From Macrostomum lignano (lineage: Eukaryota): a stretch of DNA of 64,000 bases. Below, in pieces: positions 36,220 to 48,703 of this stretch. How positions within the stretch are numbered: position 1 is the stretch's first letter; every line of letters starts with the position of its first letter. The translations under genes were made by a program, and so were the position numbers. Where the stretch lies: contig NIVC01000042.1 in assembly GCA_002269645.1 (NCBI GenBank), forward strand, positions 434,001 through 498,000, given 5' to 3'. The notes beneath the pieces were generated by a model that did not search any database, had not been told where the DNA came from, and saw only the letters and a list, made by a program, of their open reading frames with translations.

Positions 36220-38082
36220 TTATTTGTTCTTAAACTCGACAATTCGAAAGGCCTCGAGAAACTCGTTAAAGTCGATCCTGCCGTCCTTGTTGAGGTCCAT
36301 CGCTTTGGCCATGTCGACAATCTCGGCTTCAGGCAGGTTACGCTTGGTGGCTCGGCCCAGAACTCGACAGCACTCCTTGAACTCGTCCAGACTGATGTAG
36401 CCGCTGTTGTCGCGGTCCATGATGCGGAAAATGGCCTCCAGCTCTTCCTTGTTTTTGTAAACGGCCTCCATTACTGAAGCATCTGGCAGTGGGAAGAATG
36501 TGTTCTCCATATTATTCTGCAGGGTTGCTCTCTGGAAGGTCGTCATGTACATGACGCGTTTGTCTGCTGTCAACTCCGCAAGATGAGGCCGCAGCATTCT
36601 CCACGGCAGGTCAAACTTCAGCTCCGACTCCATCGCGCTGCACCACTGGGCGACGGTGACGCAGCCGGTCTTTCGGGAATCCATTTTGCTGAAGGCTGCC
36701 ACCAGCTCGGTCTTACTTGCGGCGATTTTCGCCCGAAGGCTGCGCAGAGCGGCGTCTTCGGCGCAGAAAATTTGACGACCGAGAGGCTTAAGGTTTTTCT
36801 TGTTTGGGCAGAACTGCACAATCTCCGGCTTTCCGTTGCTGTCCAACTTAACGTAGGCACCGGGATTGCTGCCCTCGAACTGGTAGTTGGACGCGGAGAA
36901 GATCGTCAGCACACATTCGCAGTGAGTATAACAGTAGCCATCAATCGGGACCTGATGAGAGCGAACTAGCAGATTTAATCGGTTCCGCTGCAAGAAGTTT
37001 GCCGTGATGTCCGGCCCAAAGAAGCATCCAATGTTACGCTCGTTGTTGAATTGGCAGCCCAGCTCCGGTTGAGGATCACTCCACAAAACGTCTATTATCT
37101 GTTGTTGTTCCATTTTGTTTACCGCTTTATTTCCAGAACCAGGAATCAGGGAATAGTACTTGTGCCTGTCAAGTTTATCCAGCAGCCCGAGGTCCACACT
37201 GTCGGAGATGCCACCGTGAACTACAAAGATGCTCCCGTCAATCATCGTGGCAATGGGAAGCCACGAGAACACCTCATTAAATAATCCAATGATTTTCGGA
37301 AATGTGTCTTGGTACTTTGTCTTAACTTCGTCTGTGAAGCCATACCTTATATTTATGGTTGCATCTTCATGGTTGCCGCGGTTGATAAAAACTGCCGTCG
37401 GCCACACCAGCTGACAGGCGAACAGCAGCAGCGCTACCTCTACCGAATTTGAGCCACGGTCGACGATATCTCCGTTGAACACGTACGGGTTGGTGACGTC
37501 CGGCAGGCCGTTCTTGTAGAAAATGAGCAGCAGATCCTCCAGCTGCCCGTGCAGGTCTCCGACCACCGTCACCTGCTTGGAGATGCTCGTGCTGAGTCGA
37601 TAAATGTTTGGCCTTGTTTTGAGTTCCAGTAGGACTTCATGCAGCAGCTGCATGAGGTAGCGAGCGTGCAGCCGTCCTCCCTGACTGAAGTGGTCTATCA
37701 GAGTTTGGACCTGAGTGGCGCTCAGAGGGAAGGTCAACCGAGGCCCCGAGTAAGAATCTTCTACATCAAAGTCTTCAAAACTTGCCAAATTGATATTATC
37801 TTGCTTCGGCTGGATAGACACGCTTTTGAACTCTTGGAGCCGTTGAACAAAGCTACAGCCAATTCCTCCGGCGGAAAGTTCAGCGCCAAGCTCGAGTAAA
37901 TCTTCAAGGAAGTTCTGCAAGTGAATTCGGTTCCGTTCGCTGGCGTACTCGATTTTCTCGTAGATTTTCCATTCTGCCCGTCGTCTTGCCTCTAGGCGGG
38001 CCTTGTACCGGCGGTACCATGACTGAATGAGCACAATCGCTCTTATACTGGTCCTGCCGCGGCCTTGCGAAATCGTGGACAT
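36220..38082 (-). CDS. PPEF: PPEF/rdgC-type Ser/Thr phosphatase with EF hands, copy B, 620 aa, intact, intronless
   Basis: IQ motif (IQSWYRRYKAR), GDLHG / GDIVDRG / GNHE / HGG / SASNY and two EF hands in one uninterrupted ORF. Confidence 0.93.
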   Translation of the reverse strand: MSTISQGRGRTSIRAIVLIQSWYRRYKARLEARRRAEWKIYEKIEYASERNRIHLQNFLEDLLELGAELSAGGIGCSFVQRLQEFKSVSIQPKQDNINLASFEDFDVEDSYSGPRLTFPLSATQVQTLIDHFSQGGRLHARYLMQLLHEVLLELKTRPNIYRLSTSISKQVTVVGDLHGQLEDLLLIFYKNGLPDVTNPYVFNGDIVDRGSNSVEVALLLFACQLVWPTAVFINRGNHEDATINIRYGFTDEVKTKYQDTFPKIIGLFNEVFSWLPIATMIDGSIFVVHGGISDSVDLGLLDKLDRHKYYSLIPGSGNKAVNKMEQQQIIDVLWSDPQPELGCQFNNERNIGCFFGPDITANFLQRNRLNLLVRSHQVPIDGYCYTHCECVLTIFSASNYQFEGSNPGAYVKLDSNGKPEIVQFCPNKKNLKPLGRQIFCAEDAALRSLRAKIAASKTELVAAFSKMDSRKTGCVTVAQWCSAMESELKFDLPWRMLRPHLAELTADKRVMYMTTFQRATLQNNMENTFFPLPDASVMEAVYKNKEELEAIFRIMDRDNSGYISLDEFKECCRVLGRATKRNLPEAEIVDMAKAMDLNKDGRIDFNEFLEAFRIVEFKNK

Positions 38083-39029
38083 GTTTTCAAGCGAACTTCG
38101 CCTCTAACAATTTAACTCCAGTGATCATGTAAACGTCTTGTACAATGTAAATAATCATTTCATTTGGTCTATGGTCACTAGCGTTTAATTTGTAAAACGC
38201 CACTAAAATAGGTATGGAAAATAATTAGTCAAGGGACCTTGGAGTACATTCTAGCCTCTGCTTATTCTCTGGACGATTTTTTTAGAGATTTAACAAATGA
38301 TTGTCTCGGTCAGCGTGCCATTTTCAGATTAAGCAACAGTGTATAGGGTGGGTATGTACAGTTCGGTTTCATTCTTTGCTGTGTAGTTTTATTGTTTGAT
38401 TTTTCTGAAATCGATCACATAGATACCTAGATACCGACAAACCATTTTTAATATATGGAATGCGATTTCTTTTATCTAAGCTATTGATACCATCCGTAGC
38501 ATTATCTAAAATTGTAACCAGCCTTCGAATGCATGGTGGGCTGTGCAACTGAGCACCTTGAAGCGGTCTACGAGCTAGTTTCTTGGGCGAGCCAAAGTTG
38601 AGCTAAATTCCATTTTATTTGCAATATTACTGCCTAAAAGACAATGGAAAGGGGAGAGCAGCTCAACGGTAAACGCGTTGGACTCTTGCGCTACGACCCC
38701 GGGTCGATTTATTGTGTTGTGCTGTAAAAAATGGCCGGGGTTTGTCGTGCAATTCACATCAATGAAAGCCCTAAAAAATTCCCAACGCACAAGAGAGTGT
38801 ACATGCCTGCGTACAGTATTGGCGCGCTTGTATGAATATGTGCTTAGTTGTCAGCGGAATAGGCGGAATTGCCTCAGCGCTGGTATTGGGACGACGTCGC
38901 CAAAAGCGTAGCGCCAGGGTGACCGCGGCCCTCCTGCAGTTCTACTATTCACAACGCAAGGTAGTCTGAATGATTTACTCGTATACCTACATTACAGGTA
39001 GCCTGATGCTATTTGCGATGTGCGTCTTG

Positions 39030-39731
39030 TACTTTGTCATACCGAATGTAGGAATAATGGATAGGGATTCCAAAATCTCGACAATTTACAATCCCGGGAT
39101 TGAGAAATCCTGAAATCCCGATGGGTTAAAATCCCGGGATCACTAATCTCGGAAAATACCGACTGAGAGTAATCCCGGGATCCCGCTTCGAAGTTCAAAA
39201 AAATCTCGGGATCCCGGGATCCCTATATCAAATGTATTGAAACAGCTGCATCCAGCTTCCACCACGACCACGATTTCAATCCCTGGATTTTTTGGGACTT
39301 GAAATTTCGGGATTTATGATCCTCGGGATTACAACAGTGCGGGATTGGGATCCCGGGATTGTAAGGCTTAAATCCCGGGATTGTTTCGGGATTCAAAATG
39401 ATTTTAATTCTCTTTTTTTCAAATTTCTTTATACATTGGAACAAAAATTGAGCTCACGTAGGCAGCCAAACACGCTGAGCCAACTGAGCGAGACGCCAAT
39501 AAAAGAGGCAACGGCGCAGAGGCTAAAGCCCACCCCACCAGGCCACCACCCTACGCACGCAGAGCCAAAGCACCCCCCACACAGCGCGGACAGAGGGAGA
39601 GAGAGAATGTACGCAAGGCGACAAGGCCGGGCAGAGAAGAGGGGTTTAAAACTGGTTATTGACTAGTCAAGACCAGTCACAAACCAACACACCTAATGCT
39701 ACTTTGTCATACCGAATGTAGGAATAATGGA
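39030..39731. repeat. 32-bp perfect direct repeat (39030-39061, 39700-39731) flanking a 638-bp composite insert
   Basis: TACTTTGTCATACCGAATGTAGGAATAATGGA occurs twice. The insert contains an ATCCCGGGAT-rich segment bounded by TAGGGAT...ATCCCTA (39062-39224) and an LTR-like fragment. Confidence 0.8.
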
Positions 39732-39867
39732 GTGTTTATTATGTTTCAAGTAATTTCTTTACACAGTTGGAACAGACATCATAAAGCTAACTAACCACTC
39801 CACAGTTCCAGAAAAGTTCAGTTTGTACTACGTCATGCATAGTGCCAAACCGCTATTGTTGAGAGCG

Positions 39868-41577
39868 CTATAGCAGTCGTTTGCGCTGACGACCAATGCA
39901 TGCTGCACGGATAAGCATGTAGTGCAACAGTTCAAACAGCTCCAGCACGGTGAGCAGCGAACATCCCAGATACAAACCAAGTGCGCTGCCAACGTCCGCG
40001 ATGAACTGACCAAGCCGATAGTCAAGGCTGAATGTTGTCAGAGAGCTTCGAGTTGCTTCTGCTCTCAACGTGACTCTCACCGCTGCTCGCCGGAAGTAGC
40101 GCCCTATTCCGGTCTCGAACGGGACCAAATTAATGCTTCTATACAAAAAGTTCAGTGTTTTAACACCCGTATCGAGTGATCTGAACTGCTATCGATCAAC
40201 ACGTTGCAGCAAAGAGCCAATGACGTTATCCACCAGACGAACGAGACTCGCTTGGTTCGGCCACATTCCATAAGATGACGTCACGGAGTAAGTGCGTCGC
40301 TTGCACAGTCGCTTCGCGGAGCACAAGTCGTACCACGTGCTGTTGCCGCCATTGACATCCAGACGCGCCTTTACGGACGCCTTCATGTTTCGATGAATTT
40401 CTTCTTCAGTTTCAGCCGCTGTGAGGTTCAGGCACAGAGGGAGATGTCTAAACTCCCAGGTTGTAGGCTCAGGTGTCGGGCTGCAGTTGTACCTCTGCTG
40501 TCTGTCCCTCGCCATCTCCGAATAGTAGCAGTGAGCCTCGCTGTAGCTGAACGCATCTGCGGCGCCGTTGTACGGGTTCAAGAACAGAACTGGGTCGTCG
40601 TGTTTCTCAACGCACTGGCCGGGAAAGTCCGCCGGTGTCATCTGGGCATCTTGCATTGCGATGGAGACGTCGTAGGCTCGACCGGGACCCAGGCTGATCA
40701 CATTAGAGGTGAATCGAGACGGGTAGTGACCTCTGGGCGTCAGGTAGAGATACATTCCACTGCCTTTATCGAACCCAATCGGATTTTCCAGGTTCCAGTC
40801 GAATGGATATAATGTTATCTGTTGACCAGATACGAAAACAGACATTGTTGGAAGCCGGTCTGTATGGTTTGAAAACAGGCCAAGCTTATCGAAGTCAAAG
40901 AAGTAAGGATCGAGAAGCAGGTCGAGCTGCAATCTGTTGTTCGTATTCTGCATGCGTGATAACTCAGCATCGGTGAGGGCAAGCTTGAAGCACTTCAGAT
41001 GGTTCGGGTGGAACAGCGTCTCTACCGCGATCGGAGAATTCAGACTGCGATCTGAGCCTGCACTGAAGATTCCGTAGTTTCCATAGAATGTCTGCAGTTT
41101 TCACTGACCCACAATGTCCGCCAGAGTTCTGTAGGGCAGAGACTGGATCAAGCTTGTTGGCCGAAGTTCGCGCAGTGTTGTGTTTTCACTCTCCGACGCA
41201 TTCAGAGATCCGAGAGCAGCATCGAATGCAGTCTGAGCAGCATAGAACGGCATGTTCACCTGGTCCGCCTCTGACCTGTTCAGTCGGTAGATAAACGAGC
41301 CAGCGGCTTGGAGACTGTTGCAAAAGTAGACATCGGGAAACTCGAATGGAACCTTTTCCGCTTGGAACTCGGAATTTACGCTCGGACTGTTCAGGCGTCG
41401 AATGTAGACGGTGCAGGTGTTAAGCAGAAGGCCCAGGAAGCTCAAGAAAGCCAGAAGCCAAAAGATCCTCAGCACAATGGCGCGACTTGCAGGGGCCACA
41501 CGGCCGATGGCGTGAGCTGTGGTATTGGCCACGGATTCTTTGACTATCACGGACAGAGGTAGGCGCTGGGCGTCCAT
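39868..41577 (-). pseudogene. DEG/ENaC subunit, copy B; two in-frame premature stops (TGA 41101-41103, codon 159; TAG 40189-40191, codon 463), no frameshift
   Basis: The three track ORFs are in one frame and colinear with copy A. AGA->TGA and TCG->TAG are single-base changes relative to copy A. Confidence 0.9.
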
Positions 41578-42590
41578 TCCTTGGTAGTTTCTGGGGGGAG
41601 ACTTGGCGACTGACTGCTGTGCAGTTATAACTGTTTTAACGCTTGAAAATTGCATTTTTCGCAAAAAAAACATGTTCCTAATTTAAGTATACTCTTGAAA
41701 ACGACTAAACTGATGCTGATGCGATGAATTCTGCATTTTCTTTCCCATTCCAGTATAGAATGTTTGCTCTTCTATTGAATCATGAGCACAAGCTGCGGCG
41801 CGAATACGAGTCTATCTTTGCTGAGAGGTGTCTAGCATTGTTTGCCCTGCTTCAATTAAAGTGTTTGCGCTGTTTCAGTTTTGCTACGTGTGCACAGCTA
41901 CTGCATGCAAGAATTCTAGTCGGTAACTGTTACAATTTGTCAGGTACGCTCGTAAAGTACATTTAATTTGTTCTTATCGATTGATAGGAGCTCAATATTT
42001 GACTTGTTGATTCTCACATTCATCGTCATTTGAAGATTGTCTTTGTAACGACGTCCAACTTGATAGATCAAATATCAGTCAGGACATTTTAGAAGCTAGA
42101 AGATAGCTATAATTCCTATAAACCATAGCGAATTGTATTGATTGATTTGAGTCAGAGACTTGTTGAAAAGTCTACTGTGATGATTTGATTGGGGTAGATT
42201 ATTTAAAAATGCTTAAAAGTGTCATCGTGAATGCAGAGTTACATGGTAGCCTTGCAAAATGAATTGCGTTTTCTAAATTTTATTTTTGCTTTTTTAATAT
42301 GTATAGCAGATACTTTAAAATACCTAGTAATATGTAATTTAATAACTTTAAATTAATAAATAATATAAAAAGTTCACATTCTCTTTGTCCTTTAAATGTA
42401 CAAGGACCATCTATAAATAGTATTTACGAGGCATCATGCTATCTCAAGAGCCACCCGGGTATACTCACCAACTCTTCTTTTGTCGTCTATGGCCTTCCTC
42501 TAACTGACTCAAGAAATTTGCTGTTTAAATTAGTCATAGTTAATGTTTTAATAGCTTTTTTATTTGACTCGAGAATTTCACTCTAAAGAG

Positions 42591-43439
42591 ATGACTCGAG
42601 GTCGTAGATTACGCATCATCGAAATCTGCAGACTGGTATTGCTAGCTATTGTGCTCTTGCTCTCACAATTTACCGGAAATGTGTTAGGCTGTAGCTCTGC
42701 TATCAAGAAAAGTGAGTTTAATCGTTTTATTTAGCGATTTTGATCTACAAGTAGGCTCAATTTGTTAGGATATTGGACACGAGTGTGCTGAAAATTTCCA
42801 ACAAAAGTTGAGCATTTGCAGTGACCAATTCAAGTACCTTTTGTCGTGTTGGATTTTTTGTTATAAATAAAACCTATTTAGAAAAAATAATCGATATTTG
42901 GTTTATTTTATGCAGTGATTAGTTAACCACAATGTCTGACCTTCCTATCCTGAAGGATCTGTCCAATGTCTGGCCTCCTGAAACGTTTGCAAAATATCTT
43001 AATATCGTATTCTGAATGGTTTAATTTTATTCTACCATCTGAAAACGATAGAATCAGAGTCCTTACCTTTTAATCGTAAAAAAAATCTGCTCCCGTTTCT
43101 GCAGAACTCGACCCGGACCCCGTCACAGTCCATTCGATTCCGGCACTGGGCTGCTACTCCGACAGTGAGAAAAAGCGCGACTTACCCGACTACGTTGGCC
43201 GCTATCAGCACATGCGCAAGCATCTTTGCAACAGTTTTTGTTTACTACGAGGCGCAAAATACTTTGGCATGCAAGATTCCGACGCCTGCTTCTGCGGCAA
43301 CTCCTACGGTCGCCTTGGCCGCGTCACGGAGGTCTATTGTCCAGCCAAGTGTCCCGGCGAAATTGGCGAAAGTTGCGGCGGAAAAACGTACAATTCCATC
43401 TACGAGGTAACAGAGGGTGTGTCACTTGTCAAGTACTAA
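42591..43439 (+). CDS. Small WSC-domain protein with N-terminal signal peptide or anchor; exons 42591-42711 and 43105-43439 (~151 aa; a further exon from a GT at 43407 is possible)
   Basis: Exon 1 MTRGRRLRIIEICRLVLLAIVLLLSQF...; phase-1 GT-AG intron. Exon 2 LGCYSD...CNSFC...KYFGMQ...CFCGN...CPAKCPG...CGG...NSIY matches the 8-Cys WSC pattern. Confidence 0.8.
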
Positions 43440-44483
43440 TGCGCATAATGATGTATCGCACACCTTTTAAGCCTATGTTTACAAGTACGTACTCATTTTA
43501 CTGCAACTAGCATAGCGAATAAAATTTTTGTAAATAATATTGTAGAGATACTATAAGTATAAGTTCCTTTGCAACTACTTGACTGATATTATATATGTGT
43601 GTTGCATGCATAAATACAGTAGCTGTTGCTACTTAACCTTTAAGTTTAACGCAAGTATTTGAGTGGGTTGATTTTTTTATAGTTAATTCCACCTTCCGCA
43701 GGTTTTAAGTTTTATCGGCCGTGCTGAAAGTACTTTATGCTTTCAGATGCAGCACGTTTACAGTGCATGTACGTCAAGTAATATTGCTGCTTTTTAAAAC
43801 GATGCTACATGTGCACTGTAAACTTACACACTGTACGCAATGTAACTAACCGCGAATACGATCAAGTCATATACTTCTGCATTCTACTTTTAATTGAAGA
43901 CATTGAATGATAACATTTGCTTTTGTTATCCAAAGTCAGAGTTCAGGCTTAAATATTTAATTTATAGAATCTTGTCTTTCTAGGGATGCCCTACCATGGA
44001 CTATATAATTACACACATGCATGTTGTCAATTCAACCTTTGTATGTTTATTGGCAATTTAATAGAAGAAATGTCACATCATTTACTCGTGGAGTTGGTTA
44101 CTGCTAATATCGTCATATATATTCTATTTCTGATGAGGACGCACTTTTTCCAAACTTCACGCTCGCACATGGGCTCCAAACTTACTAGCCTACTTACAAT
44201 AGGCTATGGGCATCTTTTCTTCTCTTTATGTAATTTTCCTTGAATTCATAGTTATATGACTAGCAATCTACGCCCCCCGTTGGGGAGCCAAAGAAATGCA
44301 ATACACGTTTTTTTAATAAGCTACATGTATCCTTGAAATCTTACAAAATCTCCTGTCAAACCTTGTAAGCCTTGACATGTCAGTTATCCCCCCCCACAAG
44401 CTTTAACATATCAACTTCCCCCCTTGACATCTCAGCCATGCCCCCAATAAGCCTTGGAAATCTAAAAATATCTGTCAACCTTC

Positions 44484-44527
44484 TAACCCTAACCCTAGCC
44501 TAACCCTAACCCTAACCATAACCCTAA
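44484..44527. repeat. Short interstitial telomere-like (TAACCC)n tract (also at ~47868 and 48704-48729)
   Basis: CTAACCCTAACCCTAGCCTAACCCTAACCCTAACC, which reads (TTAGGG)n on the minus strand. Confidence 0.85.
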
Positions 44528-45429
44528 AGCATTGAAATTTCAGTAATTCTCTCTAAGAGTCATTATAGCACTACTACAGCATTATAGCGATTCCTTGCAA
44601 GCCTCAACATCGTAGGGATTCCCAAATGAATCTCTTAACTTCGACATGAAGCTTCTTTTATTTTTTACATTACGCTTTTTTATCAGCGATCCCTCCCCTG
44701 AGGAGGCATCAAATAATGTAATAAAAAGTTTTCAATAAACTACATGTAGCCTCTGACTTTAGCCTTGAAATCTCATTTATACCCCCGTGAGCCTTGACAT
44801 CTCAGCTATTCCCCCTGTAAGCCTTGACATGTCAGCAATGGCCCCCATTAACCTTGAAATCTAAAAAATCCCCTGTTAACCTTGAAACCCGATAAAATAT
44901 AACCCTCAACCCACACCTGACCTAAACCTAACTTTAACCCAACCTAAAGCCTTGAAATCTCAGCAATTCTTCTCCCCTAAGCCTTGACATTTTAGTGATT
45001 CTTTCTTTAAGAATAACAGCACTATAACGATTTCCACCAAGCTTTGACATTGTAGCAATTCCCAAATGAATCTTTTAACTTCGACATGACTTTTCTTTTA
45101 TGTATACATAGTGCTACTTTTATTTTTTACATGACTTTTCTTCTATCAGCGCCCCCCCCCCGTGACGAGCCAACAAAGAATGCAATAAAAAATGGAGTAA
45201 AGTACATGAACTTTGAAGTAGCTTCTGACTTTTGCTTTGACATCTCAGAAACCCCCCCCGTAATCTCAGTTATTCTCTGAGAGCCTTTACGTCTCAGTTT
45301 TTCTCCCCAGCACAGCATTATAGTTGCATTTAATTTTTACATGAACCCTTCATGTCTGACATGACGTTTCTTTTATTCTACCGTGACGCTTCTTAATTTT
45401 TTAAATAACACTTTCATTAGTTTTAAATG

Positions 45430-46675
45430 AGGCTTCTATGATTTTTTCTTGACGTTTCTATGATTGTTTACATGACGCTTCTATGATTGTTTACATGACG
45501 CTTCTATGATTGTTTACATGACGCTTCTACGATTTTTTACATGGCGCTTCTATGATTTTTACATGACGCTTCTATGATTGTTTACATGACGCTTCTATGA
45601 TTTTTTACATGACGCTTCTATGATTTTTTTACGTGACGCTTCTATGACTTTTTACATGACGCTTCTATGATTTTTAAATGACGCTTCTACGATTTTTTAC
45701 ATGACGCTTCTATGATTTTTTACATGACGCTTCTATGATTTTTTACATGACGCTTCTATGATTGTTTAAATGACGCTTCTATGATTGTTTACATGACGCT
45801 TCTACGATTTTTTACATGGCGCTTCTATGATTGTTTACATGACGCTTCTATGATTTTTTACATGACGCTTCTATGATTGTTTACATGACGCTTCTATGAT
45901 TGTTTAAATGACGCTTCTATGATTGTTTACATGACGCTTCTACGATTTTTTACATGGCGCTTCTATGATTGTTTACATGACGCTTCTATGATTTTTTAAA
46001 TGACGCTTCTATGATTGTTTACATGACGCTTCTATGATTGTTTACATGACGCTTCTACGATTTTTTACATGGCGCTTCTATGATTTTTTACATGACGCTT
46101 CTATGATTGTTTACATGACGCTTCTACGATTTTTTACATGGCGCTTCTATGATTGTTTACATGACGCTTCTACGATTTTTTACATGACGCTTCTATGATT
46201 GTTTACATGACGCTTCTATGATTTTTTACATGACGCTTCTATGATTTTTTCACGTGACGCTTCTATGACTTTTTACATGACGCTTCTATGATTTTTAAAT
46301 GACGCTTCTACGATTTTTTACATGACGCTTCTATGATTTTTTACATGACGCTTCTATGATTTTTTACATGACGCTTCTATGATTGTTTACATGACGCTTC
46401 TATGATTTTTTACATGACGCTTCTATGATTTTTACATGACGCTTCTATGATTGTTTACATGACGCTTCTATGATTGTTTACATGACGCTTCTATAATTAT
46501 TTACATGACGCTTCTATGATTGTTTACATGACGCTTCTATGATTTTTTTAAATTACGCTTCTATGATTTTTTTAAATAACGCTTCTGTGATTTTTAAATG
46601 ACGCTTCTACGATTTTTTACATGACGCTTCTATGATTGTTTACATGACGCTTCTATGATTTTTACATGACGCTTC
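45430..46675. repeat. 23-bp minisatellite (ATGACGCTTCTATGATTGTTTAC)n inside Helitron unit 1
   Basis: Period 22-24, about 55 copies. The same family occurs at 49690-50530. Confidence 0.95.
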
Positions 46676-47878
46676 TTTTTAAAAAGTCTTTTAGTTTTCC
46701 TGACATTGAAAAGCTTTAATTAAAAAAATTATACTCTATGAAAATTCGAACCAATTCGAACCAAACTGCATTTAGCAGTTCAGTTTGTTCACCTCCAGGC
46801 TAGCTCTCATCGTTTTGATAACATCAAATTTTTCACTTATATAATTCAACACTTTAAAATCCAAGCATAGAGTAAATTACACGAAGCAGTTATGACATAA
46901 TCAGTTTCTCAGTCAGTCAGTATCAGTCTGGTGCTACGCTTCCACACTGCATTTTCAATTCAAGTTGGAGTTACAATTCAGTTATGATGCAATCTATTTC
47001 AGAATCAGAATTCAACCAGTCAGTTTTTTCTCTAGCATTCTTACAATGCATTTCAAGTCGAAAAGTTTGCTTGACCTTTGCAAAAAAGCATGTTTTTCAA
47101 ATATTTAATGCCTTTAGCATCGAGCAATTTCTTAGCCACGATGCATGTACCGTCACGGGAAAATTTCTGATCGAACAGTGCAAGTTCGAACAAAATCGGT
47201 CCAGCCATTTTTTCGCTAATCGATCACATAGATAGATAGATAGATAGATAGATAGACACAGACAGAGCATTTTTAGTATATAGGACTAGCTAAAGTTTTG
47301 CCCCCCTTCGGGGAGCAGAAATAATTAATATTCGTCTAATATAATATACCTTTTAGCAGGAGTACTTTAAGTGTTTTTCTTAAGCTTAAGCTTAAAATAG
47401 GAATTTTTGGAGATCGTTAATAACGCATTTTAGGTAAAACAAAACTATCAACTTTTTACAGTTTTTAGTTTAGAGCCCTGTATATGTCAACGTGTTTGAT
47501 AAAAATTTTTTTTATCATTTTTGATAAAAAATGGCCTTCGGGGTGGCCAATAAGCAAGGGACGAATCCTTTTAAATGAAAAAAAATTCTTAGGGAGGGGG
47601 GCTAGGAATCGAATTCTCATTTTAATTCCAGGCTTATGTACCAATAAAACATGTTTGTGCAGAATTTTATAACAGACATTGAAATTCAACCATACTTGCC
47701 TTCTTTCAGAGCTACTTCTACCAGTATGCTTCAGTACGCTACCAGTACCCTTGTAAGCCTTGACATGTCAGCAATCCCCCCCCCACAAGCCTTAACATAT
47801 CAACTCCCCCTTGACATCTCAGCAATGCTCCCACAAGCCTTGAAATCTTAAAAAATCTGTCTATTTTCTAACCCTAAC

Positions 47879-48703
47879 TGTCACGTTATTGGCGTAGCGG
47901 CCAGCTATGCGGTGACCCTTAAAAGGGCCGTTTTAGTCCCAAAATAAGTTGAAGTCAATTCTTGTAAAGCGGATTTTGTAGCGGAGCACTTGGCGATAAA
48001 GGCAGGAACTGCCGTAGTTGTCTTTATTGTTAATATCAGTATTAAGTTTGGTTGTTACTGGCAATAAACAGACTATAGCTTTCTGGGCACTGGCGGCTGC
48101 AGCAATGGGTTGAATATAATTTGGATATGAAGTCAAGTGGCAGGCGAATGACACAATGGCGACGTGACGTGAGCAGTGGCTATGAGCACCGTGAAGGCAG
48201 TGAAACGTAGTGGTGAGTTGGCGTCGGTCGTGGCGTGAAACAGTCAAGTAAGGGTGAGCAGGCTGGCCCAGACAGAAGGGCCGTGATGAGAAAAAGGAGG
48301 CTCGAGGCAGCCAGACAAACAGATAAGACAGCTAAGAGGCCGCAGGGAAGGAAACAAGGAACAGGCGGGGAGAGACGAAAAAGGGGGGAGGGGTGCCCGC
48401 CGCCAGGCGGGGGTTTAATAAAAGAGCGCAGAGGGGGGTAGCGCGAGCACGAGTGATTTCATTGGCTGGCGAGAGAACTTAAAATTATCGATCGTGCCAA
48501 TTTTATACGGTCGCGAGAGAGGATAGCAAAATATACAATGAATTATAAATTGCCACAAAATCGTTGGGCACTACTACAAGTAACCGTCGCAATAAACGAA
48601 TGGAAAAGTTTAGTTGAAACGGTGAAACTGAAGGGTTGAATGACTATGGAGAACAGCAGTCCAACGGCCCTTTTCGGGACCACCTTAAACTGACAACGTC
48701 ACA
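47879..48703. mobile_element. 825-bp TG...CA insertion, probable solo LTR
   Basis: Ends TGTCACGTT...AACGTCACA, with a 5-bp TSD CTAAC (47874-47878, 48704-48708). It is absent from the homologous position in unit 1. Confidence 0.65.

Larger units (their letters stand above)
44260..47285 (-). mobile_element. Non-autonomous Helitron, unit 1 (~3.0 kb)
   Basis: Minus-strand 5' end TCCTATATACTAAAA followed by a (CTGT/CTAT) microsatellite. 3' hairpin (plus strand GCCCCCCGTTGGGGAGC) and terminal CTAG at 44260-44263 followed by T. The interior is homologous to unit 2. Confidence 0.7.

Noticed and set aside
44484-44527. True chromosome end or telomere
   Set aside because: Only a few imperfect hexamers, internal to a repeated element, with complex sequence on both sides.
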